Origin: Actinomycetes bacterium
Lineage (GTDB): Bacteria > Actinomycetota > Acidimicrobiia > Acidimicrobiales > Ilumatobacteraceae
Length of the DNA: 64,000 bases
Reading direction: 5' to 3'
Assembly: GCA_031410915.1 (NCBI GenBank)
Contig: JANNZY010000147.1
Span: 60,846-124,845 of the forward strand
How positions within the stretch are numbered: position 1 is the first letter of the stretch; every line of letters starts with the position of its first letter. The notes beneath the pieces were generated by a model. It did no database searches and was not told the DNA's origin. It saw only the letters and a list, made by a program, of their open reading frames with translations. A program made the position numbers and the translations under genes. Shown piece by piece: positions 38,766 through 47,754 of this stretch.

Positions 38766-39485
38766 ATGGATGACCGTCGGCTCGAGCGTCTGCTGCGGTC
38801 GTTGCATGCGACGGAACCATCACGACGAGTGCTGGACCGCATCTGCGGCGCATGTGCGGAAGCGACGGCGGCTCAGGGCGCGGGGGTGTCGCTCATCGTC
38901 GATCGGCAGAGCGAGGTGCTCGGTTCGTCCGACGCCCGCGCGGCTCGTGTCGAATCGCTGCAGGGCGAGTTCGCCGAAGGCCCGTGCTTCGACGCAATTG
39001 CCCAACTCCGGCCGTACTACGAGCCAGACTTGACTTCGCCAGGAGCGATGCGACGCTGGCCGAGCTTCGCTCCGGCAGCCGCCGCCGATGGGGTCGGTGC
39101 CGTCTTTGCATTTCCGCTCGTGACGGGCGGGATCGCGCTCGGTGCTCTGGACGTGTACGCCACGGGGGCCGGCCCGCTCGACGACGAACAGGTCAGCGAT
39201 TCGCTCATGTTCGCTGACCTCGCCGCGCTCGCCGTCGACAACGCGCTGGGCAGCTCCACCATCGACGGCGTCTCGCTCGTGACCGAAGCGGCTGAATCCT
39301 GGGCGTACTCATCCGTCGTTCACAATGCGTCGGGGATGATCTCGGAACAGCTGCAGATCGGCGTGGACGAGGCCCTGCTTCGTCTGCGCGCGTTCGCCTT
39401 CGTGACCGGTCGCAAGGTCGCGGATCTGGCGCGTCTCGTGCTCGATCGCGCAGTCCGCATCGAGCCCTGGACCGACGATGGCTGA
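38766..39485 (+). CDS. GAF plus ANTAR domain RNA-binding regulator (paralog 1)
   Basis: ATG at 38766 (MDDRRLERLL...). GAF-like middle region (EGPCFDA...). C-terminal ANTAR variant reads VHNASGMISEQLQIGVDEALLRLRAFAFVTGRKVADLARLVL. Confidence 0.75.
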   Translation: MDDRRLERLLRSLHATEPSRRVLDRICGACAEATAAQGAGVSLIVDRQSEVLGSSDARAARVESLQGEFAEGPCFDAIAQLRPYYEPDLTSPGAMRRWPSFAPAAAADGVGAVFAFPLVTGGIALGALDVYATGAGPLDDEQVSDSLMFADLAALAVDNALGSSTIDGVSLVTEAAESWAYSSVVHNASGMISEQLQIGVDEALLRLRAFAFVTGRKVADLARLVLDRAVRIEPWTDDG

Positions 39486-40236
39486 GGCTGCCAGAGGCCG
39501 CGAGCTCGCGCTCATCGACGCGCTCGTCCACCTCGCCGACACCCTCGTCGACGATTACGACGTCATCGAGTTCTTGCAGTTCCTCACTGAACGCTGCGTG
39601 GAGCTCAGCGAGGTCGACGAGGCCGCGGTGATGCTGACCAACCCGACCGGGCATCTCCAGTCGGTGGCCGCATCAACGGAGCGAACCCGGCTCCTCGAGC
39701 TCTTCGAGCTGCAGAACCAGGACGGACCGTGCCTCGACGCGTTCCGGACCGGCGAGGTCGTCGTCTCCGGAGACCTCGCGGCCGAAGTGGATCGGTGGCC
39801 GACCTTCGCGCCGCGCGCGATGGAAGTTGGCTTCAGCGCCGTGCACAGCGTGCCATTGAGGCTCCGCCGCGAAGTGATCGGCGCGCTCAACCTGCTCCGC
39901 GTGTCGACGGGAAAGCTCGACGACGCCGACGCGCGGCTCGTCCGGGCGCTGTCGGACATCGCCACGATCGGGCTGATCCAGGAACGCACGATCAAAGGCT
40001 CGCAGTCGACGTCCGCCGGCCTGCAGAACGCGCTGACCAGCCGAATCCGAATCGAGCAGGCCAAGGGCGTGCTCGCCGAGCGGCGTTCCGTGTCGACCGA
40101 TGCGGCATTCGACATGTTGCGTGGCTATGCGCGACACCATCGGCTCAAGATCAGCGAGGTTGCCGCTGACATCGTCACCAGACGGCTCGACATCGCGACC
40201 GTCACCGGCGGAGGAGACACACCGGGAACCGATTGA
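39478..40236 (+). CDS. GAF plus ANTAR domain RNA-binding regulator (paralog 2)
   Basis: 8-nt overlap with paralog 1 (ATGGCTGA). DGPCLDAFRTG and GALNLL belong to the GAF part. Canonical ANTAR segment is LTSRIRIEQAKGVLAERRSVSTDAAFDMLRGYARHHRLKISEVAADIV. Confidence 0.8.
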   Translation: MAEAARGRELALIDALVHLADTLVDDYDVIEFLQFLTERCVELSEVDEAAVMLTNPTGHLQSVAASTERTRLLELFELQNQDGPCLDAFRTGEVVVSGDLAAEVDRWPTFAPRAMEVGFSAVHSVPLRLRREVIGALNLLRVSTGKLDDADARLVRALSDIATIGLIQERTIKGSQSTSAGLQNALTSRIRIEQAKGVLAERRSVSTDAAFDMLRGYARHHRLKISEVAADIVTRRLDIATVTGGGDTPGTD

Positions 40237-40323
40237 GCAGAATGGTGTCTCACCAACTCGCCTGGCGGGTACAACGCAGCACGACCCCGGACCCCGGTCA
40301 CCCCGAAAGCGACCGGAGGCTCC

Positions 40324-40728
40324 ATGTCCGACTACCTGAAGTTGACGTTCGAGGTGCCTCACCAGAGCCTCACGCCGGCGAGGGCGCGTGAGGCCGTGCA
40401 GACTTTGCTCGGCGACGATGCGTCGATCGCCATGATCCGCGACGCGATTCTGCTCACCAGCGAGCTGGTCAGCAATGCGCTCGTGCACGCGCCCGGCGCG
40501 TGCGTTCTCGAGGCACGGTTCGAACGAGATCGGTCGTGGCTGCGGGTCGATGTCGCCGACTCGTCCGCGCGCCCACCACACCCGCAGGAGGAGCCCACGG
40601 TGGCTCGCGCCGGCGGCCACGGTCTTCGTTTGGTGGACGAGGTCGCGCACCGCTGGGGTTGGAGCCCACGTTCGTTCGGCAAGGTGGTCTGGTTCGAGAT
40701 CCTCGGCGCAGCGAGCTCGCACGCGTGA
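40324..40728 (+). CDS. RsbW/SpoIIAB-like ATP-binding protein (HATPase_c_2 anti-sigma-type serine kinase)
   Basis: 134 aa. N-box LLTSELVSNALVHA and G-box GGHGLRLVDEVAHRWGW. Confidence 0.7.
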   Translation: MSDYLKLTFEVPHQSLTPARAREAVQTLLGDDASIAMIRDAILLTSELVSNALVHAPGACVLEARFERDRSWLRVDVADSSARPPHPQEEPTVARAGGHGLRLVDEVAHRWGWSPRSFGKVVWFEILGAASSHA

Positions 40729-41030
40729 CTCGCACAGCCCGGAATTTCGATGCGCGACCGCACTGTTGTTCGGCAATGACGCGACGCGCAGCAGCGCCGA
40801 CTTCGCTCACCCGGCGTCGGCGACATCTTCGCGCGCGCACTCGCAACCCCTGCGCCCCTTGAGACCACGCCTCCGGCAACCCCGTCGTCCATCGTGCCAC
40901 CAGCGCCGCAGCCTGCGGGACTTGCGCCACAGCCGACCCCCTACCGCCGGACTCGTGATGTGTGGTGAGCGCAGCCGCTTCGGATCAAGTGCGGTCGTCT
41001 GTTCGAGGCCGCTGCCGGGTAGGCCGAAGC

Positions 41031-41618
41031 ATGACCACGACACCCGTTCCAGGCATCCCTGCCAAGACGGTGCAGACCTTCGAACCTACCGCAGATTCAC
41101 GGGCCGCACTCCAAGCTGACGACACACCCGAGCGTCAGCGCTGGCTGCGAGAACATACCCACGTCGCTGACGAAGCGCGGCGTCGCGGCGCATTCCGGGG
41201 CTCGTCGGTGCCCCCTTCCCATGCTGACGGCTGGAACGACCGGCATTGGTCGAGTCGGTTGCTCCATCGAGTTGGCGAGGTCGTCGCACATTCGAGCGCC
41301 GGCATCGCGGCTGCGGCAGTCGTGTTCGGCTGGGCGATCATCGGGTTTGTCGCGGCGTTCCCGGGCTGGTGGCAAACTGCGCTGTACAGCACCACTGGAT
41401 CGGTCACCTTCGTCATGGTCTTCGTGATCCAGCACACTCAGGAACGCCAGACGGCCGCCACCCAGCGGAAACTCGATGAGCTGCTGCGCGTGGCGGACGG
41501 CGCGGACAACACTCTCATCTCCCTCGAGGAAGCACCCGACGAGCATCTGGCGGCGCTCGCGCGGCTCAACCGTGTCGACCGCGCGATTGCAGCCGAAGAA
41601 GTCGACGGCTCGACGTGA
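41031..41618 (+). CDS. Low-affinity iron permease (Fet4-like, PF04120-type) family protein
   Basis: WWQTALYSTTGSVTFVMVFVIQHTQERQTAATQRKLDELLRV matches the family core. The start is uncertain (ATG at 41031 or the listed 40962). Confidence 0.65.
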   Translation: MTTTPVPGIPAKTVQTFEPTADSRAALQADDTPERQRWLREHTHVADEARRRGAFRGSSVPPSHADGWNDRHWSSRLLHRVGEVVAHSSAGIAAAAVVFGWAIIGFVAAFPGWWQTALYSTTGSVTFVMVFVIQHTQERQTAATQRKLDELLRVADGADNTLISLEEAPDEHLAALARLNRVDRAIAAEEVDGST

Positions 41619-41707
41619 CGGATCATCAGCTGAGGGCGGGCATCAGTTGATCCTTGAGGAACTGGAAAAACTGCTCGTGGCGTTGGGGAACGCGATACTG
41701 GGGCGTG

Positions 41708-42196
41708 ATGATCGATCCGATGGCACAACTCCTCGCCGAAGCCGCCATCCGTCGACGACTGCTCGAGTACTGCCGTGGAATCGATCGGTGCGACGCGGCG
41801 CTCGTGGCGGGGGTGTACCACGCTGAGGGCACCGACGACCACGGCTCGTTCCAGGGACTCGGCCGTGAGTTCGCGGTGTACGCCACCCAGGCGCTCGCGG
41901 GTCACGCGTTGGCCACCTCACATGTGATCGGCGACTCGCTGTTCGACTGGGTCGACGCGGCAAAGGTCGAAGTCGAGACCTCGGTCCTCGCCGTCCACCG
42001 CTGCGTGAGCGAAGAAGGGGAATACCTGGAGCGCTTCGGCGGCCGGTACTTCGACCGATTCGAGGAGCGTGGCGGCGAGTGGCGAATCGCCGAGCGGAAA
42101 CTGACGTGGGACTGGGACACACGCGAGCCGGTGACCCGGGCGTTTCCGCCGGACAGGTTCCGCCCTTCGCCGCGTCGAACGCCCCACGACGCATGA
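41708..42196 (+). CDS. SnoaL_4/NTF2-like protein
   Basis: AAIRRRLLEYCRGIDRCDAALVAGVYHAEGTDDHG...GGEWRIAERKLTWDW has the typical SnoaL_4 layout. Start is at 41708 or 41720. Confidence 0.65.
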   Translation: MIDPMAQLLAEAAIRRRLLEYCRGIDRCDAALVAGVYHAEGTDDHGSFQGLGREFAVYATQALAGHALATSHVIGDSLFDWVDAAKVEVETSVLAVHRCVSEEGEYLERFGGRYFDRFEERGGEWRIAERKLTWDWDTREPVTRAFPPDRFRPSPRRTPHDA

Positions 42197-42236
42197 GCGG
42201 GCGCGACCTGTGGCTGATCATGCGAGAGTGCTCGGA

Positions 42237-42970
42237 ATGAACGGATTCGATCCAGTCGACAGTTTCGGGCCGGCGGTCGCGGCTCGTTACGACGACCACC
42301 AGCGCGGCGACGAGGGCGTTGCAGCGGCATTTCTCGCTGAGCTTGCGCAAGGCGGGCCAGCTCTCGAGTTTGCGATCGGTACGGGGCGAATTGCGCTGCC
42401 GCTCGCGGCACGCGGTATCACCGTCGATGGCATCGAGCTGTCGACCGCGATGGTTGAGCGCCTCCGCGCGAAGCATGGCGGTGAGCAGCTGCACGTCGCG
42501 ATCGGTGACATGTCCAGGGTTTCAACGGGCCGCCGGTACGCGGTCGTCTACCTCGTCTTCAACACGCTCTTCAACCTGCTGACCGCCGACGATCAGATCC
42601 GCTGTTTCGAGAACGCCGCCGGTCACCTCAGCGACGGCGGGTGTTTCGTGGTCGAGACGGCTGTGCCGAGTGCTTGGGTCACGCCGGGACGCCCTGACTC
42701 TGTGCAGCTGAACACGTCGGGCTGACCGAAGTTCTGTTCGATGTCGCCCGCTACGACCCCGTCAGCCAGTTGCTCGAAGAGAACCACGTCCGCGTGGCAT
42801 CGGACGGCATCTCGATGTCGCCGATCGTGTGTCGGCTCATCACGCCCGGCGAGATGGATCTCATGGCCCGCATCGCTGGCCTTCGCCTCATCGAACGGTT
42901 CGCCGACTGGCGACGTGGCCCGTTCGACGCCGCAAGTCGAGCACACGTCTCCGTGTACCGATCACGCTGA
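42237..42970 (+). pseudogene. Class I SAM-dependent methyltransferase interrupted by a frameshift near 42700-42712
   Basis: Frame A (ALEFAIGTGRIALPLA..., FNTLFNLL, DGGCFVVE) stops at 42723-42725. The expected C-terminal half (EVLFDVARYDPVSQ...PGEMDLMARIAGLRLIERFADW...HVSVY) continues in another frame that is open from 42698. Confidence 0.7.
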
Positions 42971-43044
42971 AAGGCCCACAAAGTCGCGTTCTCCAGCGGC
43001 CGGTCAGCTCTTGGACGATGCTTGCGAACTCGTCATCGTCATTG

Positions 43045-43359
43045 TCACGATTGGTCTTGCGACGCGCTCGCCGACACTTCGACCACCCGAATGTCCAACA
43101 GGTCGATCCCGACCATCGCCTGGTGCGACGCGTTCGCCCTGACGTTGGCGGCGAACGCCCCCGCGTTCGAACTCGAGTCGAACGTGACGATGACGACGCT
43201 CTCGCTCCGCTCGCGGTCCAGCGTCCAAGTTCCGGCGACGAAGCCTGGAGACGAGGTGACACTTGGGACGATCATCCGATTCAAACCTTCGCGTTGTTCG
43301 ATCTCTCGTGAGAGGTCCATTCGGAAGGTTGCGAATGTCGCATGGGTTGGTGCGGCCAC
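43045..43359 (-). CDS. Small ABM/dimeric alpha-beta-barrel-like protein
   Basis: ATFATFRMDLSREIEQREGLNRMIVPSVTSSPGFVAGTWTL...SVVIVTFDS has this pattern. Start is uncertain (GTG at 43359, ATG at 43320 or 43434). Confidence 0.45.
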   Translation of the reverse strand: MAAPTHATFATFRMDLSREIEQREGLNRMIVPSVTSSPGFVAGTWTLDRERSESVVIVTFDSSSNAGAFAANVRANASHQAMVGIDLLDIRVVEVSASASQDQS

Positions 43360-43423
43360 GAGCCGATAGTGCCGGATCGGGCACCGGCTGTCCAGCGGTA
43401 CGAGCGCAAGTTCGGCACCAAGG

Positions 43424-43666
43424 TCACGTCGCAACGAGTTCGACCAACGGCTCGTCGGGGCGCGCCGATGAACACCTCAAGCGGCACGGCACCAGAAGCT
43501 GGCGTCCGACCCGCACGACCGGGATTCCACGCGCACCATCGGGGGCCAGGTACTCACGGGCGAGGCGATACGCCGAGGTTCGGCCGATCCTCAGCAGGTG
43601 CGCCGCCTCATCCACGGTGAGAACGGTCGGCAGGTCGACCACTTTCGAAGCCTCGGAGATGAGCAT
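43424..43666 (-). CDS. Excisionase/MerR-type helix-turn-helix DNA-binding protein
   Basis: ATG at 43666 is preceded by GGAGG. LTVDEAAHLLRIGRTSAYRLAREY...GIPVVRVGRQLLVP is a typical excisionase-family HTH. Confidence 0.7.
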   Translation of the reverse strand: MLISEASKVVDLPTVLTVDEAAHLLRIGRTSAYRLAREYLAPDGARGIPVVRVGRQLLVPCRLRCSSARPDEPLVELVAT

Positions 43667-43861
43667 CCCAATCGCACCTCCTTCCAGTGACAGACAGGTG
43701 CCCGCGCGCCAACGGACACCGAGCTGACGGATTGGTTGCATCACACGGATTGCGGTTGCGATGACGCCCCGATGGGTGAATCATGGTCAGTGCCTGCTCC
43801 AGTAGGAGCGGGAAGTGCACCCGGCGAGCCCTCCGGACGGTGGGTAGCCGGGTGTTGCGCG

Positions 43862-44392
43862 TCACGGGTCGATTCGCCTGATCTCCACGATCCCGGACAC
43901 GCGGCGCCGCCACTCGCCTCCCGAACCCACGGCCCACAACGCGGCGTCGATCGCCCAGAGCAGGGTTTCGGACGCCGACGGCCGGTGGTCGTACACGAGC
44001 TCGCGCTCAGTCCGACGCAACTGCTGATCGATCACGTACCGATCGCGTGCCGCCTGCACGGGCTCCTGATCATCCAAGTGCCACGCGACCACCGCGTGCC
44101 GACCCAGTTCGGCACAGGCGCGTTCCAACAGCAGCTGCCGGGCTTCGACACGGTGGAGTCCCGCTGACCGGCGCAGACTGAAGATGACCGCCGTCGCATC
44201 GATTCCCGCGACCACGTCGAGTAGTTCGCGCCGTCGGCGCGCGGACTTCTTTGCGGTGTGGACTCGGCGTTGACCGGGCAGGAGCAGCGCTCGGAGTTGT
44301 CGGCGCGCCGGGGCGATGGCAGAGGACGGCACGAGGAGGACACCGAACAGCATCGTGTCGGCGCGCTCGGACTCGTCACTGAACGCCCACAT
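43862..44392 (-). CDS. Hypothetical protein (island cargo), possibly DUF3800-like
   Basis: 176 aa and protein-like. N-terminal FSDESERADTMLFGVLLV resembles the DESG-type start of DUF3800 proteins; this is a weak match. Confidence 0.45.
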   Translation of the reverse strand: MWAFSDESERADTMLFGVLLVPSSAIAPARRQLRALLLPGQRRVHTAKKSARRRRELLDVVAGIDATAVIFSLRRSAGLHRVEARQLLLERACAELGRHAVVAWHLDDQEPVQAARDRYVIDQQLRRTERELVYDHRPSASETLLWAIDAALWAVGSGGEWRRRVSGIVEIRRIDP

Positions 44393-44450
44393 CAGGCAGA
44401 CCCCGGGGCGGCTGAGTGAGTGGTCGGGTGAGTGGTCGAGTGTGCAGCGG

Positions 44451-44753
44451 TCATCGGCCCCGACTCCCCTGGCCGCCGGCGATGACTTGACCGATGATGT
44501 CTGCTTCTGCCCTACCCGTCTGCTCGAGGAAGTGCGCGTACACGTTCAGCGTGGTCGCTGCGTTGCGGTGTCCCAATCGACCTGCCACGATGCGCACGTC
44601 GACGCCAGCACCGAGAAGCTGGGTGGCGACGAAGTGGCGCAGGTCGTGCAGCCGCGCGTCGTGCAACCCTTCACGGACGCACAGCCGCTTGAACGATCGG
44701 CTCACCGAGTCGGGGAACCAAGGCTCGCTCCCGTCGGCTGCGTTGCTGAACAC
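44451..44753 (-). pseudogene. C-terminal fragment of a tyrosine recombinase (phage-type integrase)
   Basis: Only about 100 aa remain. Box II HDLRHFVATQLL, LGHRNAATTLNVYAH (His and the catalytic Tyr) are present. The N-terminal SAM-like domain and box I Arg are absent. Confidence 0.75.
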
Positions 44754-44819
44754 GAAGGAATCCTCGACGAGCGAGACGACACACTGACTTCGGTATGTGG
44801 TTCACGGGTTGGGTTGGGT

Positions 44820-45060
44820 TCAGGCGGCGTTGATCCTGCGGGGGCGGCCGCCGGGGATTGGCGAGTGCGCCGTGTTCGCGGGTGCGGTCGTGTTTGATCT
44901 CGTGGCGTCGGATGAGTTGTTTTCCGATGGAGATCTCGAGGTGGTCACCGATGATGGCGACTTGGATCTGGCGGCGACGGAACATGTTCCCGGCCCGATA
45001 GCAGGGCCGGCGAAGCAGACGTTCCCGGACGAGTCGACCGTGCGGGTCACGGTCACACCC
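44820..45060 (-). mobile_element. Frameshifted C-terminal remnant of an rve-type (IS481/IS3-like) transposase
   Basis: Two minus-strand frames together read RTVDSSGNVCFAGP / YRAGNMFRRRQIQVAIIGDHLEISIGKQLIRRHEIKHDRTREHGALANP / GGRPRRINAA. This resembles the tail of actinobacterial DDE transposases. No catalytic core is present. Confidence 0.5.
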
Positions 45061-45149
45061 ACACTGTCGGGCGCTGCTGGGCTCTTTGCCGCGCACACCA
45101 CGGGTCATCCCGGTGGCCTGCTTGGCCGGGTCATGGCGAAGGGCGTGGG

Positions 45150-45225
45150 TGGCAGCCCCAACGGGATTCGAACCCGTGCCGCCACCTTGAGAGGGTGGTG
45201 TCCTAGGCCACTAGACGATGGGGCC
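45150..45225 (-). tRNA. tRNA-Glu (anticodon CUC)
   Basis: 76-nt cloverleaf: acceptor GGCCCCA/UGGGGCU (G1-U72), D arm GUC-UAGUGGCCUAG-GAC, anticodon stem CCACC/GGUGG with loop CUCUCAA, T arm ACGGG-UUCGAAU-CCCGU, discriminator G and encoded CCA. Confidence 0.9.
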
Positions 45226-45346
45226 GTGCAAGTAGCTGGATCAGACTAGCAACGGCGATGCGCGAGGCCAACCGGGTTCACGGGGCGGTCGTGCTGGAAA
45301 ACGCAGACAGCCGGCCGAGCGATGACGCTGGACCGGCTGTGCTGAG

Positions 45347-45418
45347 CTGGGGAACAAGGACTCGAACCCTGAATAACAGTACCAGAAACTGCTGTGTTGC
45401 CAATTACACCATTCCCCA
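45347..45418 (-). tRNA. tRNA-Gln (anticodon CUG)
   Basis: 72 nt: acceptor UGGGGAA/UUCCCCA, anticodon stem GCAGU/ACUGU with loop UUCUGGU, T arm CAGGG-UUCGAGU-CCUUG, discriminator G. CCA is not encoded. Confidence 0.9.
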
Positions 45419-45496
45419 TCACGCCTGTGAGGGCACCGAAGTGTATCGGCGGCCTTCCGGCCACGACCACCCCGATTTCGTCGGCCACTGCTGCGG

Positions 45497-46246
45497 TCAG
45501 CCGGTGATGGACAGCAGCCGTCCGAATCCGATGATGCGACCGACGGCCACTCCACCGGCCTCCTTCAGTTCCTTGCCGAACGCCGTGGAACCGGTGACCG
45601 GGCTGGTGCGCGTGGGCGACACGAATGCGCGCAGACCCAACTCCTCGGCGATCAAGCGGATGCGCAGCGAGTGATACGGGTCGCTGACCAGCAACACGGT
45701 GTGCAGCCCTCGCGCGCCGAGCAGGTCGGCGACGGTGCTGAGCGATTCCCAACTGGAGTGACCCTCGTCCTCTTGCAGGATCGACGCCCCGTCCACGCCA
45801 CGCGCCTCCAGATACGCGGCGGACGCCGAGGCCTCGGTGAAACGATCTCCGGGGCGATTGCCGCCCGTGACGACCACGACCGGTGCCAGACCTTGGTCCC
45901 ACAACTCGACGACGTGGTCCAGCCGCGACTGCAGTTGCGGCGAGGGCCGTCCGTCGTATTGCGCTGCGCCCATCACGATGATCGCGTCGACAGGGCGGGC
46001 CTGGTCGCTGTTACCGACATGCCACACCTGGAACAACGAGATCGCGTAGTAGCCGCCCATCAGCAAGACAAACGCGAGGACGATCAACGGCCAGCGCCGG
46101 CGCCGGCGATGCAACTCGGTGACCGGGATGCCGTCGGGCGGCGTCGGTTCGAGCACGGTCGGGTCGATGACCAGCGCCGGCTCGTCAGCGGCCGACACGA
46201 CATCGACGGGACCAGTCGCCACGTTCATGGCGTGCTCGCCGCTCAC
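45497..46246 (-). CDS. YdcF/SanA (DUF218) family protein
   Basis: One TM helix, then [17 protein letters not shown]...[11 protein letters not shown]...EASASAAYL...[15 protein letters not shown] at 46246 overlaps the gltX TGA (GTGA); an alternative ATG is at 46228. Confidence 0.75.
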   Translation of the reverse strand: MSGEHAMNVATGPVDVVSAADEPALVIDPTVLEPTPPDGIPVTELHRRRRRWPLIVLAFVLLMGGYYAISLFQVWHVGNSDQARPVDAIIVMGAAQYDGRPSPQLQSRLDHVVELWDQGLAPVVVVTGGNRPGDRFTEASASAAYLEARGVDGASILQEDEGHSSWESLSTVADLLGARGLHTVLLVSDPYHSLRIRLIAEELGLRAFVSPTRTSPVTGSTAFGKELKEAGGVAVGRIIGFGRLLSITG

Positions 46247-47670
46247 TCGGACTGGGCTCCCCCGGCACGGCCGAGCGCAGCGCGCAGCCTGCGCAGCACT
46301 TCGTCACGCCCGAGCAACACCAAGGACTCGAACAGCGGCGGGCCGACGGTGCGTCCGGTGACGGCGACGCGAATCGGTGCCTGCGCCTTGCCGAGCTTCA
46401 ATCCGTGCTGCTCGCCGACAGCGAGCGCGACGTCCTTCAGCGCGTCGGCGTGCCACGCGACCGTGTCGTACGCGGCGATCACGTCGGCCAGGATGTCCAG
46501 CGACTTGGGGGCGTCCATCACCTTCGTGAACGCAGCGTCGTCGATGGGCGCGTCGGGCAGGAACAGGAAGTCGACGTAGCCGGGAACTTCGTCCAGGCGA
46601 CCGACGCGTTCTTGCACCAGCGGCGCGACCTGCTCGAACAGCGCTGGATCGAAGCGCTCGCACGGCCACGGCACGTCGTCGGCGGCCAGGAATGGTTGCG
46701 CGGCTGCGACGAAGTCGTCGACCGGCAGCGCACGGATGTACTCGCCATTGAACGCGGTGAGCTTCTTGATGTCGAAGAACGCCGGTGAGTGCGTGACGTC
46801 CTCGAGCCGGAACTGATCGACGACCGTGGTCCAGGGCACGATCTCGGTGTCGCCCCGCGGAGCCCAGCCGAGCGTCATCAGGTAGTTGACCATCGCATCC
46901 GCCACGATGCCCTCGTCGCGGTACTGCTCGACCGCCACCTTGTCGCGACGCTTGGACAGCTTCTTGCGCTGCTCGTTGACCAGCACGGGCACGTGCGCCC
47001 ACACCGGCACCTCGTCCCCGAGCGCCTCGAACAGCATCTGCTGCTTCGGTGTGTTGGGAAGGTGCTCTTCGGCGCGCACGACATGGCTGATGCGCATCGT
47101 GATGTCGTCGACCACGTTGGCCAGCAGGAACACTGGTGTGCCGTTGCTGCGCAGGAGCACGAAGTCTTCGATGTTTGCGTTGTCGAACGACACGTCGCCA
47201 CGCACCAAGTCGGTGACGACGGTGGTCCCGTCGGGAACGCGGAACCGCAGCGCATGGCCGGGTGCCGGCCCCAGCCCGCGATCACGCGAGTGGTTGTCGT
47301 AACCCTGCGCGCCGGCCGCCTTGGCCCGCTCTTGGATCTGCTCGCCGGTCAGGTCGCAGTAGTAGGCGTGGCCGGACTTGTACAGGCGCTGCGCGGCAGC
47401 GATGTGCTCGGCGGCGTACCGGCTCTGGAAGTACGGGCCCTCGAAGTGCGGATCATCGGCGCGCACCCCGATCCAGGCCAGCGCGTCGATGATGCCCTGC
47501 GTCCACTCCGGCCGGTTGCGGGCCTCGTCGGTGTCCTCGATGCGGAGCACGAACGTGCCACCCGTGCGCAGCGCAAGTGCCCAGTTGTACAGCGCGGTGC
47601 GCGCCCCGCCGACGTGGAAGAACCCGGTGGGCGAGGGTGCGAAGCGGAAGCGGAGCGGACGGTCGGACAT
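46243..47670 (-). CDS. gltX: Glutamate--tRNA ligase
   Basis: 475 aa. Class I motifs [19 protein letters not shown] (HIGH-type) and KLSKR (KMSKS-type). Confidence 0.95.
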   Translation of the reverse strand: MSDRPLRFRFAPSPTGFFHVGGARTALYNWALALRTGGTFVLRIEDTDEARNRPEWTQGIIDALAWIGVRADDPHFEGPYFQSRYAAEHIAAAQRLYKSGHAYYCDLTGEQIQERAKAAGAQGYDNHSRDRGLGPAPGHALRFRVPDGTTVVTDLVRGDVSFDNANIEDFVLLRSNGTPVFLLANVVDDITMRISHVVRAEEHLPNTPKQQMLFEALGDEVPVWAHVPVLVNEQRKKLSKRRDKVAVEQYRDEGIVADAMVNYLMTLGWAPRGDTEIVPWTTVVDQFRLEDVTHSPAFFDIKKLTAFNGEYIRALPVDDFVAAAQPFLAADDVPWPCERFDPALFEQVAPLVQERVGRLDEVPGYVDFLFLPDAPIDDAAFTKVMDAPKSLDILADVIAAYDTVAWHADALKDVALAVGEQHGLKLGKAQAPIRVAVTGRTVGPPLFESLVLLGRDEVLRRLRAALGRAGGAQSE

Positions 47671-47754
47671 GCGGCCATCAGGCTATCGGCGACTCGCCGG
47701 GCGCCCGGGCCGGTTTGGTTGCGCACCAGCACGGATGCCGCTAGCAATGGAGTC

